NCBI GenBank assembly: GCA_038496445.1
Contig: JALMLS010000130.1
Span: forward strand, 124,001-188,000
Length of the DNA: 64,000 nucleotides
Direction of reading: 5' to 3'
Origin: Trichosphaerium sp. ATCC 40318
Taxonomy: Eukaryota; Protista; Tubulinea
Shown here: piece by piece, positions 28,001-41,110 of the stretch
Numbering within the stretch: position 1 is the first letter of the stretch
Layout: each line of letters starts with the position of its first letter
Notes under the pieces: generated by a model
What the model saw: only the letters and a program-made list of their open reading frames with translations
The model's database searches: none
What the model was told of the DNA's origin: nothing
Translations under genes and position numbers: made by a program

Positions 28001-28900
28001 CGGAGGCAAGTCGAGAGACAATTTCTCCAGTATCATGTTGATCATAATAAGCAACCTTTGAAAATAATTAGTACTAATTGATGTTCACAAAAAAACGGGA
28101 AAAAAAAGACAACAAAAAAAAAGTTGTTCGCTCACCTCTTGACGTAAGAGCGCTCTGAAAAACATAAGTTTTAGCACTCTTGATATCCTTTCTCCTACTA
28201 ATACCCAAGACGTTGTCATGAGAAATGTAAATGTAAATGAACCGACGGCTAAGCCAAGAAAGGCGAGAACTAAAACAAACTTATAAGGAAAAAAACTTTT
28301 GGGATTATGTTTTTTTTGTAAAGCCAAAACTAAAGCGCATTTGTTACGTACCCATAGGTGTGACATCGGCTTCTGCTATGTTGGCAAGGTCATTGAATAG
28401 TTCTCCAAATACAACAGAGAATGCAGGAAGCATAGCACCGCTAACGAGTGCAGCTAAAGAATATGTAAACTCAATGAACTTTAGTAAGTGTTTTGAGCGG
28501 TAAAAAGAAAATTTCAGTGAATTTGGCGACATCGGTTTTTTCAAATCTCCGATACTTAGAAGTAGTATTTACACCGTTTTAATAATCAAAATACATTAAA
28601 CTACGCGAGGGAAAGCGATTTAATATCAAAGCGAGGTTTAGAAATATTCGTACCAAAAGAGCCCAAAACAATGAGCCACCCAGTAGAAGGGTCCAGAAAG
28701 AGAATTCTGGTAAGTGCCACAGGCGGGTATTCGGGTTTGTTTTTCTCCTTTTTCTTTTTTTTGCCAAAACATCCTTTAGAACTCTCCTCGTTGTTATTCT
28801 AATTCAAAGCGTTAATTATTGCGAATAAAATCAGCTGTCGTGCTTGTACATCTGTATCTACACGAACTACTTCGAGTTCTTCACTGTCACTACTTGACAT
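25085..28900 (-). CDS. ABCB/MDR-type ABC transporter, half-size (one TMD plus one NBD) with a charged tail
   Basis: Walker [14 protein letters not shown]-loop LVSQEPILF, signature [14 protein letters not shown], Walker [13 protein letters not shown]-loop IAHRL; [14 protein letters not shown] and YALAFWYG; stop TGA at 25085-25087 after a K/E/D-rich tail. Confidence 0.93.
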
Positions 28901-29599
28901 GATGCTGTAGTGGTGTTTATCTGATAATTATGACCAATAAACGATGTTGCTTAATGAATCGAATCAAGTCGGCTTAACAATTACGCCGGGCTCTGTCCGC
29001 CTTTATTACTAACTCGTTGTTCTCGTGACATTAATCGATTCACTCACAAACCATTCTTTATTAATTTTGGCGCGTTGTTGTCAGAAATGCTATTACAAGG
29101 CGTTAATATACATTAAAGCATTTTCTGTATGCGTCAGTACGTTAATTGCAACATATTGCGACTCCAACTAGTATTAATTGAGAATCATTGGCGCCTACCA
29201 ACTCTATCTGCAAAGGGCCGGTTGACGACATTCAATGCATCGCGTTCTCACCATCATTTCTTTCAGAGTCCCAAACCTAACAGCGAAAAATGAGTAAGTT
29301 TTTATGTATCAATCACAAACTTCTTTACAAATGGTATTTCTGCCAAAAACGGTAGTTCTCGCGTTGAACTAGAAGTTTCTTCAAGAAAACCGCAACGTGT
29401 TCCCAACAGAGAATCTTATAAACGTGTTCAAAACCGTCTTTAAAACAATAATATTCACGTGGCAGTAACTTTGACAGTTCAAGAAAAAAAAACATTGCAG
29501 TTGAATAGTCGTTGACCGATTGTTAAAAAAAACCTCATTTCAATCAGCGTTTTTATCGTTATAGTTGTTCCTTAAGCAACCCGCTAATAGCGTAAACAA

Positions 29600-31942
29600 A
29601 TGTACACACAGCGCTATTGTACGCTTTTTTTATTATCTACAGTAAGCAAAAACGTGCGGTCGGCACGGATTTAAATCATATTGGGTTTTTACTCTTTGTA
29701 GTGGTTGTTTTTTGCTGTAATGATACTCCCTACAACCGCAAGGTTACAGATGTTGTTAATACACCATGAAGAGTTGGAACCTTTCACTGCAGCCAACTTA
29801 CCGTGCGTTTTTTAAGTTTTTTGTTTAATTTTAACAATTTACGGAAAATCTCTAAATGGCTCACACGTGCGTAGGTTCGCTTCAGAAATACCAAAGGTTG
29901 TTTTTTCAGGTCGTATAATACCAAATAGTTGCCAAGATGTGAATTTTACGGAAACTATAATCGTTGTACCATCAGAAGAGAATGGATTTGATACGAGAAT
30001 AAGGTATTGCAGGTTTTTTATTCTTGATTGATTGTTCAATGTCGTTGTTTTGAAACAACCACTCATGGATGCACTACTGTTTTTCTTAATCATCTTTTGT
30101 TAAAGGAAGGCTCAAGCGAAAGGGGCAAGTGGTGTAGTAATGGAATCTCTAGAGAAGGGACCCGCAGGAAACGGTACGAGTGATGAAAATAGTGCACAGT
30201 TTTTTTTTGCCAAATAGCCTTTCTTTAGAGTGAGTTCTTTCTTTTCACTTTGTTTTCTCCTTGAGGTTGTGCTTGTTCTTACACAAAATAAAGGGTACTA
30301 TTTTTTCGACAAAGGAAACTATGATGATATAACAATACCTGCAGTGGAAATAAGCAGTACGGTACCAAGCACGCCTTCACGTGATTTAATGAAGTTTATT
30401 CAGAAAGTGATTTTCAGAAATTGATGACTTACCTCACGAATTGCAGTGATAGCACTTTAGTATCTGTACAAACACACGAAGGTACGTATTTTAGGTTTAA
30501 TATAAACGAACATACTCACGTGAATTCACAACCTTAGATGATAATCCGTTCATACAAGTCCATAAATCTACCGGTTTTTTGATTGGAGTTCTTCTCATAC
30601 CTCCAATGTGGTCTTGCTTTAACCTTGGTCTTATTCTTCTACAAATATTTAAAGCAAAGCGCTCTGGTAAGCTTAAAATGTCAACACCTATTGTTGTGAT
30701 ATGTCTAGAGGCAGCAGCAAACTTTTGTACGTGCTAGCGTATTTTATTTGCCTTTTTAAAGAACTTATTTTACGACAATCCACGTGTCTAACGAAACGCG
30801 TTTTATCGCTTATTTCTCCCAATAAAACTATACAGTGCTTGTTAGACTAAATTCGGCCAAGTATTTGTTTCAGAAATCGTTTGTGGGCACTTTTTTTAGT
30901 TTCAAATATTTTTTGTAGTTTTGTCTATTTTTGTTAACAGAAATTCTAGGCCGGCTATTATACTTCACTGTTGATCCGTTTAATGGTCGACACATAAATG
31001 TAGCTTTACACTCTATTCTATCTGGAGTATGGTTCCCGTTTGCATGGAGTGCTATATTCGTTGTTGCTCTTCATTGGTATGAAGTAATGACTCATAGAGC
31101 AGTTATGCCAAACGGTTTTTTGGTGAAAACTAGGATACCTTTTTACATTGTCAGTGCAATAGTCATGTCAGCGAGTTTCCTTGGTCTATTAGTTGGTAGT
31201 TTTGTATTTGTATTCAGCCAGTATTACGTACGGACAGAGCTTTTTAATGGATATTTTTCTTTTCTTTTTTCTGTTCAACGAAAATTAATCAATCTTCTGA
31301 CCTAATGTCTTAGGTCAATATCGCTCTCATATTCATGGCTAGTGCACTAACTGGTTTGATTATATTTTACCTTACATGTGGCATTCGGGTTCTTTATAAA
31401 CTATGGAACATACCATCTAACAAAGCTGTTGATAAAATTTACAGAGTACGAAAAGACTTCTCAACTTTTTTTTTCTTTGTTGTTTGCAACACAACCTTTT
31501 CTGCAAACCTACCGTTTTCACTGTCCTCATGTGATTTATTTTAGATACTTTTCAAAGCACTTGCCGTTGGGATAATAGTTATAATTGCGATTTTCGCTAT
31601 CATTTATTGGGAAATTCCTTTCACAAACACTTCAGCAACTGCTTACTTTGTACCGATCATGGTTTGGTACTATTGTTTGATGTTAGCATCAACAATACAA
31701 ATAACAAATGTATTATACACCTTTGATGGTGAAGAGAAACAATCAGGTATGTATTTGTGCATCTAGTCTTACCAACGTTCTAAATTTTGTTCAAAAAAAT
31801 AGGTATTTCACCAAAAGAAACATCAGAACCAAATTTGGACCGTATTATAGCGGAAGATTCAAAAGTAAAGCCTGTAGAAGGAGCGTGTAGAATTAAGAGC
31901 GTAATAAGTGAGGACACTTCGAGTACTACTGGCGAGAAGTAA
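29600..31942 (+). CDS. Signal peptide plus protease-associated (PA) domain plus a multi-pass (about 7TM) receptor-like domain
   Basis: PA motif KAQAKGASGVVM...DITIPAVEIS, followed by hydrophobic helices (RLLYFTVDPF, FVVALHWYE, FYLTCGIRVL). Confidence 0.7.
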
Positions 31943-32050
31943 GAACAAAAAAAATGCGAAAACGCTTTTGTATTTTTCCGAAACAATTTGTTTCAACCAC
32001 GGTAAAATAATGAAACTATAAGTATAAAATACATTACATTTGTAAGATTA

Positions 32051-34001
32051 TCAAAGTCCACGTGATCTCATTTCTCTTTGAACAGCTACCATAGAGCGAT
32101 ACTTTTTGCCATTTTCATCGAAAAAATATTTATCGAATCTACCCTTTGTAGCACCTGCTTTCCTTTGAACGAGTGTCATACGCCATCCCTAAGAACATAT
32201 ATGTTTAGTAAAGTATTTGTCTTGATGATTTATTACCAAGGGTAGTACAAAGGTGTCTGTCTTTTTTGGAAAGTGTTTCTTTGCCTTTAATTTCTTTGAG
32301 TTTGGCGCTGTGGCAGTTTTCTTTGTTGGTGCAACTACGGAGTTAACAAAATTTTCAGTATCCGAATCATCACTTTCACTGACATCAGGGATTATCTTAG
32401 AGCTCTTGTAATAACTTATCTTTCGTAGTTTGCGAGGTGAACGTCTAAGCACTTTTTTTTTCAAAGATGGTTTTTTCAGTTGTGTAATTTTAGTACGTTT
32501 AGAAGGTGTCTTCTTCTTGTTACTGGAAGCTTTCGCTACAGTCTTTGATATCTTTTTCCTCTTTGGAGACCTAGCTGTCATAATTGGCGGATCAACATCA
32601 GTGAGGCGGACTCTCTTGTATTTTTGGACAAAACTCTTGTGGTTCTTCCTGAAAACCAGAATCAGTTTTTTTAAAGTCGTCTTTTATTAATTTCGCACCT
32701 GAGTGAGGCCCACCAGTCTTCTTCGTCCGTCGAGAGCTCTCCAAGTTGCTATTGTTTTGTTATTAAAGATTAATATTATTGTAAATTAAATCTTACATGA
32801 GCACACCAAACACGTTCGCCTTCAATTGCGATTTTTTTTACTTTTTTACCAGGTTTTGCTTTTTTCTTTTTATGAGCATTCGCAAGCCACCCTTCACGAA
32901 TTAGAGATATTTAACAGTATTCCAGTAACCTCACTTACCGTGGTACCGACTAAAACAGAAGAGTAAATAACAAGAGCTGCCAAAAAATAAGAGCACTTAC
33001 TTGAGCATGTGATCCTGTGGTTCAGTTGTATCCCATTCTCCGCAGCAAAAGATACGGTAGCTATATTTAGATTAGGTTCATACCATACAGCTTAACAAAT
33101 AATAAAGTCACACCTGTCTTCTATGTACTTTCCTACTCCCTTGAACTCCCTGACACTTTCCCAGTCTCTTATATAAAATTAGAACAAACACCATGAAAGG
33201 CACTGGAAAAATGAACAAGTTCCATGGCTTTTACAAACAGTCTTACCTTGTTTCCCATTCGGAGCTCAGTTGTACAATGTACTTGGCGCGTACATTATGT
33301 AACCTTTGAGGATAAGAAAAATAAGTTACAATAAAAAAAACGGTTTTGTGTTTTTCTTTTGGATTATTCTCGAAACCACGTGATAAAAATAATTTCATTA
33401 CGTACCCCAGAGGTCGTAATATTTCTGCCACTTCGCCTTGAGTAGCTTCAGCTACCTACGAAAGGAGCTATGAGACAGAGAATACCAAAAGCAAAATGTT
33501 CAGCCACGCACATCGCTTGGTGTTGGGTACGTCGTGAAAAGCTCGTAAATAACTGATTTGACTTGTTTAGGCGTAGTTCTGTTTAAAAGCTACCACAGTT
33601 AAGAAATAGGCTATCAACGTTGTTTACGAACCATGCAGGCTATTACGAGACGCCATGGATCGTAAAATAGAAGTTCTTGGATAAGGCCCTATTAAACAGC
33701 GTGTTAGTACAAAAAACAGGCGTAATGGCGTACGTGTGGTGATAGCGGAGGTATATAAACGGTTTTTTTTGAAAGATGCTGTGGCGTCGTTGTGGTTTTA
33801 TACCCGAGCCTTGTTTTGCTCCAGCTAGGTTCTATTAGGCATGCATAATCCATACAAGTGAAAAAGAAGTCTCGCAAATGTTCATTTTCTGCAAACAACA
33901 AAAAAGATTCAAGTTTTCTTTTTAGTATACTTTATCAGTTGCTTCCTTGTAATATTTTGTACTTTAGGTGCAAGTTTAGGCTTTGGTTTTCGTCTTGGCA
34001 T
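32051..34001 (-). CDS. MBD4: MBD4-family G:T/G:U mismatch DNA glycosylase (HhH-GPD) with a C-terminal methyl-CpG-binding domain
   Basis: Spliced: YIPPLSPHGLIQELLFYDPWRLVIACMLLNRTT...ILRPLGLHNVRA...[35 protein letters not shown], then a basic linker, then LPLGWRMTLVQRKAGATKGRFDKYFFDENGKKYRSMVAV. Junctions from the glycosylase to the MBD stay in frame with GT-AG introns. The 5' start is uncertain (33853 or 34001). Confidence 0.88.
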
Positions 34002-34366
34002 TATGTTTCAATTGATCTGCTTGAAAGAAGAGCGTTTGTTTAGTTATCCAAGCTTTTACAAAGATACAGTGAAGTTGATGCAACGTGACTTGCGCTTTTT
34101 AAGATGTGACCTATGCTGGTTTTTGTTAAATGAAAATGTTGCAACTTTCTGTAGTGTTGCTTAACTGCCACTGACAACTTAACGCAATTCACAGTTGTTC
34201 AGTGTGGCTTATGGCAAACATTGCAAGGCGACCTATGCATACATCATACACATAAAGTCAATTGTATGTAGAGTCAACCTTGGTCTCAGAGGAAGTACTT
34301 TTTTATGTTTCTCTGCAGATAAAGCTTATTTGTATAACGTCATTTTTTGTTCTCACGGAAGGTCTT

Positions 34367-37300
34367 ATGGCTACACGCTCTACCATCCTCGTATGCCTAT
34401 TTTATCTCATGTATACAGTGTATGGTACGTATATACAATGTAGTATCTTGGTACAAGCATAACAGCGTGTCTGGATGACGTTTTTGATTTACCTCTACCG
34501 GGAGATATCTTTGAAAAAATTTTATCATTTGATGTTTCTTACGCGTGTAGTTTTACCAAACAAATTATGCGACTTTACGAACACGTGCTCGAAAACTAGC
34601 GAATTTCTTTTTACAGAAAATTGTTTCAAACCATACTATCTACCTTATGCTCACCACACATGTAGCCTCGGGGATCATACGAAATAACACTATTTATAAA
34701 AGGTTCGTGCGTAAATGGGACTTTAGTAAGTTTGCTTATAACCTTAAGAACAAGCGCATCAGATCCTAACAATATTGATATCCAAATAACCTTTGCAGGA
34801 GCATCAAGACAAGCAAGTGATACCTTATCTTAAGTAAAAATACTTACCGGCTACTAAAGGTTGAAGGTTTTGAAGAGGCAGTACAAGGAGCTATATTCGC
34901 GTGGGTGTGTAACATATTATGTGTAGCGAAAGAACATTTTAACATTGTATTTAGGAGCAATTGATTATTGCTGATCAGCGAATAGCTATTACAGTACAGT
35001 TTGGGCAAATTCCAACATTGTTGAATCTTGCACAAACTACAGTGACAAGAGTTTTTGGTTTAGAAACAGCAGCTGTGACGTATGTAGAACTTGTTTTTTT
35101 ATATAGTTCTTGCTTTGTTTTCTCAACGCTTCTTAGATTGGAACTCGAAGAGCGGTTTTTTCCTGGAGGAGATTATCCAAGAGAACCAGAGTATATGATA
35201 CCATCAGTATTTGAACCACCAACACAGATGGGCCCTGCCAAAACTGTTGCAAAGGTAAACCTGATTTACTTTTTTTTTGATGTATTGTGTTTTTTACTCA
35301 CCATCTCAGATGTTATTCCCTGAAGATGCTAATCGCTTTGATTCTCAAGAAGGCATCACAGATGGTGTCATTACTTTATCAGATTCAGCTAATTTCGACT
35401 GGGATATAACGACACCTGTAGAACGTGTACGCCTTGCTTTTTTTTCATATTTTTATCTTTTAGGAACCCTTAAACAAATATCACATTAGTGGTAACATAA
35501 AATAATTAGGGAGCTGTAGACGGATTAGGTGTACTAGTAAGAGAATTTGGTCACGTTTTTGGTTTCATCTCAGATACAACACGACGTAATCTTGGCTCAA
35601 GCCTTTTTCTTTTTCATCATTTTAAATAACGTGCACTTTATTCATGTTTTTTTAAGTTGAAACTCCTGTGGGTACCACTGTATATCCTACTGTTCTAGAT
35701 ATATACAGATTCCCTGTCATTTTAGATCCTAGTTGGCTTGGATCACAGCGCATGCTGATACCGGGTACTTATTTGTTAAAGCGTACTTTATTTTTTCTAA
35801 TTTTCATTTAACACTAGGAATGCCAGCCATGTATTACACTAATCAAGAGACTGATCCTAAGGGAATAGAATTTTCAACTGGTCTTCTTGGATCAGATAGG
35901 AATCCTGCAGATTCATGGAAAGAAGGAAGGAACTTAGGTACGTCAATTAAAAAAAAAGTTGAGCCAAAACATTTAAAATAAAACTGCTCTCCATACAAAC
36001 CAGTCTTTCTTAATTGCAATAGGTATGATGGATCCTATAATAGACCCCAATGAAGTACCTGGATTTAGTTTAAATGATATAAACGCATTTTATCGACTTG
36101 GATGGACACTACCTTGTACACACTTGAACACAGAATTTTATTTTTCTAACTACTATTATTTTGAAGTAAATCAAGTTCCTTGTCCAACTATCTTTTGGGT
36201 GTTTCCTATTCAAGCAAGACCAGGAGATAGAGTAACAATCAGAGGATTTTTCTTCTTTGAAGATGTATCTTGTATACTTGGAGGAGTAGCTTCAACTATC
36301 CAAGGAGAAAACGTGGTAGTTAACAATGCAGCATCTGAAGTTGTAAGTCAACACTTATTCTATTTTTATGTCTAACTTCTAGTGCAGAGCTGTACAGTAC
36401 CCAGTACTGTTACAATAGAATTAACGGGAATTGAAATAGCTTCAGGTGGCATTTTAAGTAACCAGATACCTTTCAGGGTAGGAGAACCTACAACAGCTCC
36501 AACGGACGCATCGCCAACTCGTCCACCAACAGCTGCTCCAACTCGTGCCCCTACTCTAAGTCCTACTACAAGGCCTCCAACAACTAGATCTCCTACAACT
36601 AATCCTCCATCAAGAGCACCTACAAGGTCTCCAACTGTTGCTCCTACCACTAGACCGCCAACACGTTCGCCCACAACAAGACCACCGACTACAACATCAC
36701 CAACAACTAATGCGCCTACAAGAGTTCCTTCCAGAGCCCCAACCCGCCAACCAACCACACTACCACCGACCACTTCAGCTCCAATCACTAACCCACCATC
36801 ACGAGCGCCTACAATAGCACCAACGATGCAACCTACAACAATATCACCATCAACTCGAGCACCTACAACGCGAGCACCAACTTCACCACCTGTACCACAA
36901 CCAACAACACAAGCGCCAACAAGGCAACCTACGACAATACCGCCATCAACTCGGGCACCTACAACACGAGCACCAACCTCACCACCTGTACCACAACCAA
37001 CAACACAGGCACCAACCCTGGCACCATCAACTCAGGCACCGGTCGTTTCACCTACCACAGAACCACCAACAATCCTACCCACGTTGCCTCCGACAACAAG
37101 CCAACCAACAACTTTTTCACCAACGCCTTCAACAGGCGCAGCTCCATCAACAGTTTCTTCACCATCAACTGATTCAACACCCTCAACTGAGTTCACACCT
37201 TCAACGATTCAGAATCCATCAACCCTCAGGGCTCCAAATACAATCGTATCACCATCGACAGTAATCACTCCATCAACAATAGTATCCCCAGCATCAACAA

Positions 37301-38384
37301 ACCCTCCACCCATATCTCAAGGTGTACCTGCAACTGCTCAAAACCCCTCAACTATAACGACACCAAGTACAGTGGCTTCACCTTCCACCATTTCAGCACC
37401 TTCGACTATCTCAACACCCTCAGCAGTATTTACACCGACTACGATTCAAAACCCAACAACTGTAAGAGCACCAAACACAATCGCTACACCTACAACAGTT
37501 ATGACACCGTCAAGTGTTCGAGTACCTGGTTCATTGGCAATACCAAGTTCAATACTGATACCTACTCCTTTATTAACACCTTTTGGATCCCCAACTGCCT
37601 CAACACCTCCACCGACAATGAGACCAACGTTCGCACCTAATATTCAACCACCAAATACACTCTTAACACCAACAACATTAACACAACCGGCTACTGTAAG
37701 TGCTCCTACAATGACAACGTCTGTTTCTGCTCCTTCAACAGCTGCAGCTCCTTCAGTGACGAGCGTAGCTCCTGCGATGATGCAACCTCCTACAACAAAT
37801 ACACCTTCAACTGGCACTGATTCACCAGTAACAACAGAGCCACCAACTACAGAGGCTCCAACCGAACCTCCAACGACTGCTCCAGCGACTACAGAGCCAC
37901 CAACGACATCATCCCAACCTACAATGAGTTCTACAATTGTACCTACATCATCTGCTCCTGCACGCCAACAAATATGTCAAGGAAATCTAGATGAAGCTGG
38001 AAATTGTCAGTACGTAATAATACCTCAAACAGACGTTTCTTATTTTAATGCAAAAAGGTGCAATGGATTCAACTGTAGATGTGGAAGCGGAGTTGGTAAT
38101 TGTTCTTGTTCATCTGATAGCATACATTGTACTGCTGAAGTTTCTGAGCAATCAGAAGCCTTTGGAGGCAATGCAGTACTTTTTACAGGCGTTTGGGCAG
38201 ACCATGGCATTGTACGTTTGTTGTATTTACACTGTGTTTACAGTTTGTAATGTAGGTTCTTTGTGGATCAACTGAAACTTGTATATGTGGTCCTACAAGC
38301 TTTAAGAATGAAAATGGAGCATGCTACAGACAACAGGCTTCTAATTTTTACTGCAAAGCGCCAAGACAAGAACAGTGTAGATAA
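34367..38384 (+). CDS. Secreted protein: bacterial-type zincin-like domain (degenerate HExxH), IPT/TIG domain, long Pro/Thr/Ser mucin region, Cys-rich C-terminus
   Basis: Signal MATRSTILVCLFYLMYTVYA; NFDWD...GVLVREFGHVFGFISD...PTVLDIYRF...FSTG...ADSWKE...GMMDPII...DINAFYRLGW; IPT PIQARPGDRVTIRG...CTVP; mucin region 36490-37960; no TM. Confidence 0.75.
36490..37960 (+). repeat. Coding low-complexity repeats (PTxxPT units, then 6-residue xxTPST units), including an internal duplication of about 95 bp
   Basis: PSTRAPTTRAPTSPPVPQPTTQAPT occurs twice (about 36848-36921 and 36944-37017); PSTVSS/PSTIQN/PNTIVS periodicity. Confidence 0.85.
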
Positions 38385-38569
38385 TAAAGATAATCCTTGT
38401 AAAGTATTGGTAAAAGTTGGCTTAATTTTCAGTTTTAACCTAAAAAGGAAAAAAAATACATTTTTCTTTTGTCCGAAGTAAACGCACGTGCATTAAAAAA
38501 AAGAAGTTAAATTGATTAGCTATTGTAACTAACGACCTTCGTCACCAAGCTTACGACGTTAAGGCTGTT

Positions 38570-40861
38570 ATGGAATGTGGAAACAGTTACACACGTTTTA
38601 ATGTATTGTTCAAGAAAGAGTTCTTCATGATACAAGTATTAACATATGGGACGTTAATTGAGCTGAAACAGGCTGTTTACAAAGAAACTGGGGTCAGACC
38701 ACATTTACAACGTTATCCATCACTTGATCTGTCTGTATACACAAACGTATGCCAATCCCATACACGATACTACAATCAATCGGGTTTTTTTTAATTTGAA
38801 CTAAAAACGTTGTTAATCGCTTCTAAGGACGAAATACTTCCTTATGAAATACTTGGTATTACTAACGGATGTCAAATAAGTTTACACTGTGATAAAAGTA
38901 GTATTTCTTCTATAGTAGGAGAGCTAGAGTAAACTGAAAATATCATAGAAAAACCAAAAAAATTGACATTGTTTTTTTTTAGGGCCGAACCAGATGACAA
39001 TAGAAGAACTTCACTTATCTATCGCTTATTAAAAAACCTTCAACCATATGTAGACGAGGAAAATGATAAACACATACAACAAAATATAAAGCACAAGAAG
39101 GAACCACATCTACAGAATATCTTTTGTTCTCTTTACAAACAACCACTAAATACAAACTTCAATTTTGCGATTTACATCTACACAAATGATACAACATGTG
39201 ATCAAAGCGAGTATGTTTTCCCTTTGAATTTATTCTCTGTTATTTGTACTTACTACAAATCCATAGAAAAGTGTTGTGTTCTGACAAACTCAAAGCTATA
39301 TCCAAGTCAAGTTTCTATTGGGTATCGATTTATGTCCCTGAAGTTGCACTGCTGGGGGGTCCTCAGTTTAATGAATACCCTGTTCTCATTATTGGTAGAT
39401 ACGCTATAGGTAGAACAGGCATTATAGCTTCAATGGAGGTAAGTACACTTTCTAGCTATTACAGTTCAATTTGTTCAACTTTTTTTTTCCACCCCAGGGT
39501 TTGTTTCACGTAAATGAGTATTCTCACCGTCCACCAAACAATGTTCTAGCGATACCTTTGCACCATGTACCAAAGGTGCTACTTGTTCGTAGAGCTCAAA
39601 AAAATGATAGCTAATTTTTGGCAATTTTCTCTAGCTATATGATTTGCTTTCAAAAAAATCAATTAAGTCACACCTGCGAGATAACAAAAAACAGCAGTAA
39701 AGCGCTCGCATAGGTATTGCCTGCCCCAGAGTAGAACATTATTTGGTGGACATTCTCAGAATTGTGGTCATGTGGTTTAACGAATATGTTCGGATATTTT
39801 CTGGGTTTTTTCTATTCTTTTTTTTTTTTTTTACATTCCTGCAATGTCGTACAACTTTCTTAACCTTTACTTGTGTTTATAGGGATTACTTGATAAAAAT
39901 GAGGTTATATGTAAACTAGAATATATGATTGCATTAGATCAATTTATACATAGCGTAGGAGGTATAGGAGGAGTTAACCTTAAATCAAAATATGTTGCAA
40001 GATATTTTTCTGGATTGAAGAGATCTGAATTTGACAGAGTAGCAAGAATCTCACGTGCTAAAACAATAATCAAACCAAACCTTGATATTCACATGCTTTT
40101 TGATATTCCTCCAGGTACCCTCATCCTCGTCATTATCTTTTCATTCAAGTGACAAAAAAAGTCTACTACTTAACATCAGGTCATTCACTTTTTCTCCAAA
40201 AAAATTGTACTGTAATGCAGCCCTCAGTGTAGTATTTTTTGTTATATTAAATCAATTTTGTTTAGAAATAGTTCTAATCATACTGGACTATCTTGACTGT
40301 GTTTCTACAAAATGTCTATTAACAACATGCCACTACATACATCAAGTTGTAAAACCGAATATAAAAAGCTATAATGCTGTTAGCTTGGTTGGAAGGAATT
40401 CTCTTCCAAATGCAATAGGCTTAAAACATGTCAAAGAGATAGATATCAGATTCATGCAAAAGTTCGATGCTTTGTCCTTTATACAACATTTATTAGATAA
40501 TGTGAATAATATCAAGACCATAAAGACTTATGATGTACTCGCTTCATTGCATTTTCCCCATGTTACCTGCCTATTATCAAAGAAAAAGCCACGAGATTCT
40601 CTTATGTGTATCACACATGGAAGATATAGTGCATCAATTATGATTGTTTTCGAAGATCAAGAAAATCAACTGAGGCTTTTTTCACAGTTTCTCTTGAAGC
40701 ATCCAGAGATAAAGGTGGTTCAGCTCTATAATAGTCATTACCCAGTAGCTCACATATTTAAAACAATATGCCAAGAATGGAACTGTAGTATATTCTTTTG
40801 TGGAAAAATCAAAGAAAGTTTACAAGATTACTGTACAACAAGACAGAGAGGCATTTGGTAA
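38570..40861 (+). CDS. Ubiquitin-like N-terminus, unknown middle domain, internal F-box and LRR-like C-terminus; possible in-frame stop at 39698
   Basis: GTLIELKQAVYKETGVRPHLQR...LGITNGCQISL (Ubl); MLFDIPP|EIVLIILDYLDCVSTKCLLTTCHYIHQVV (F-box split by an intron). Confidence 0.55.
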
Positions 40862-41110
40862 ACAATCTTTTTGTGAATAAAAACAAAGTGTTCTAAGAAC
40901 CTGTTCTCGCCTCCCTGCCAATATGAAACAACATACCAGAAATCTTTGTTTTACACTGTCAATGCACAATACAGAGCAAGTGTAACGCCATTATACAACC
41001 CATACAAACTTTGGTATATTCACAAAGACTTAACCATAACAACCAATCATTGTAAAGATGTTCGCAGTGAGGTGTTACTGGGTTGCCATTAATTCTGAAG
41101 CTGCTTAAAA

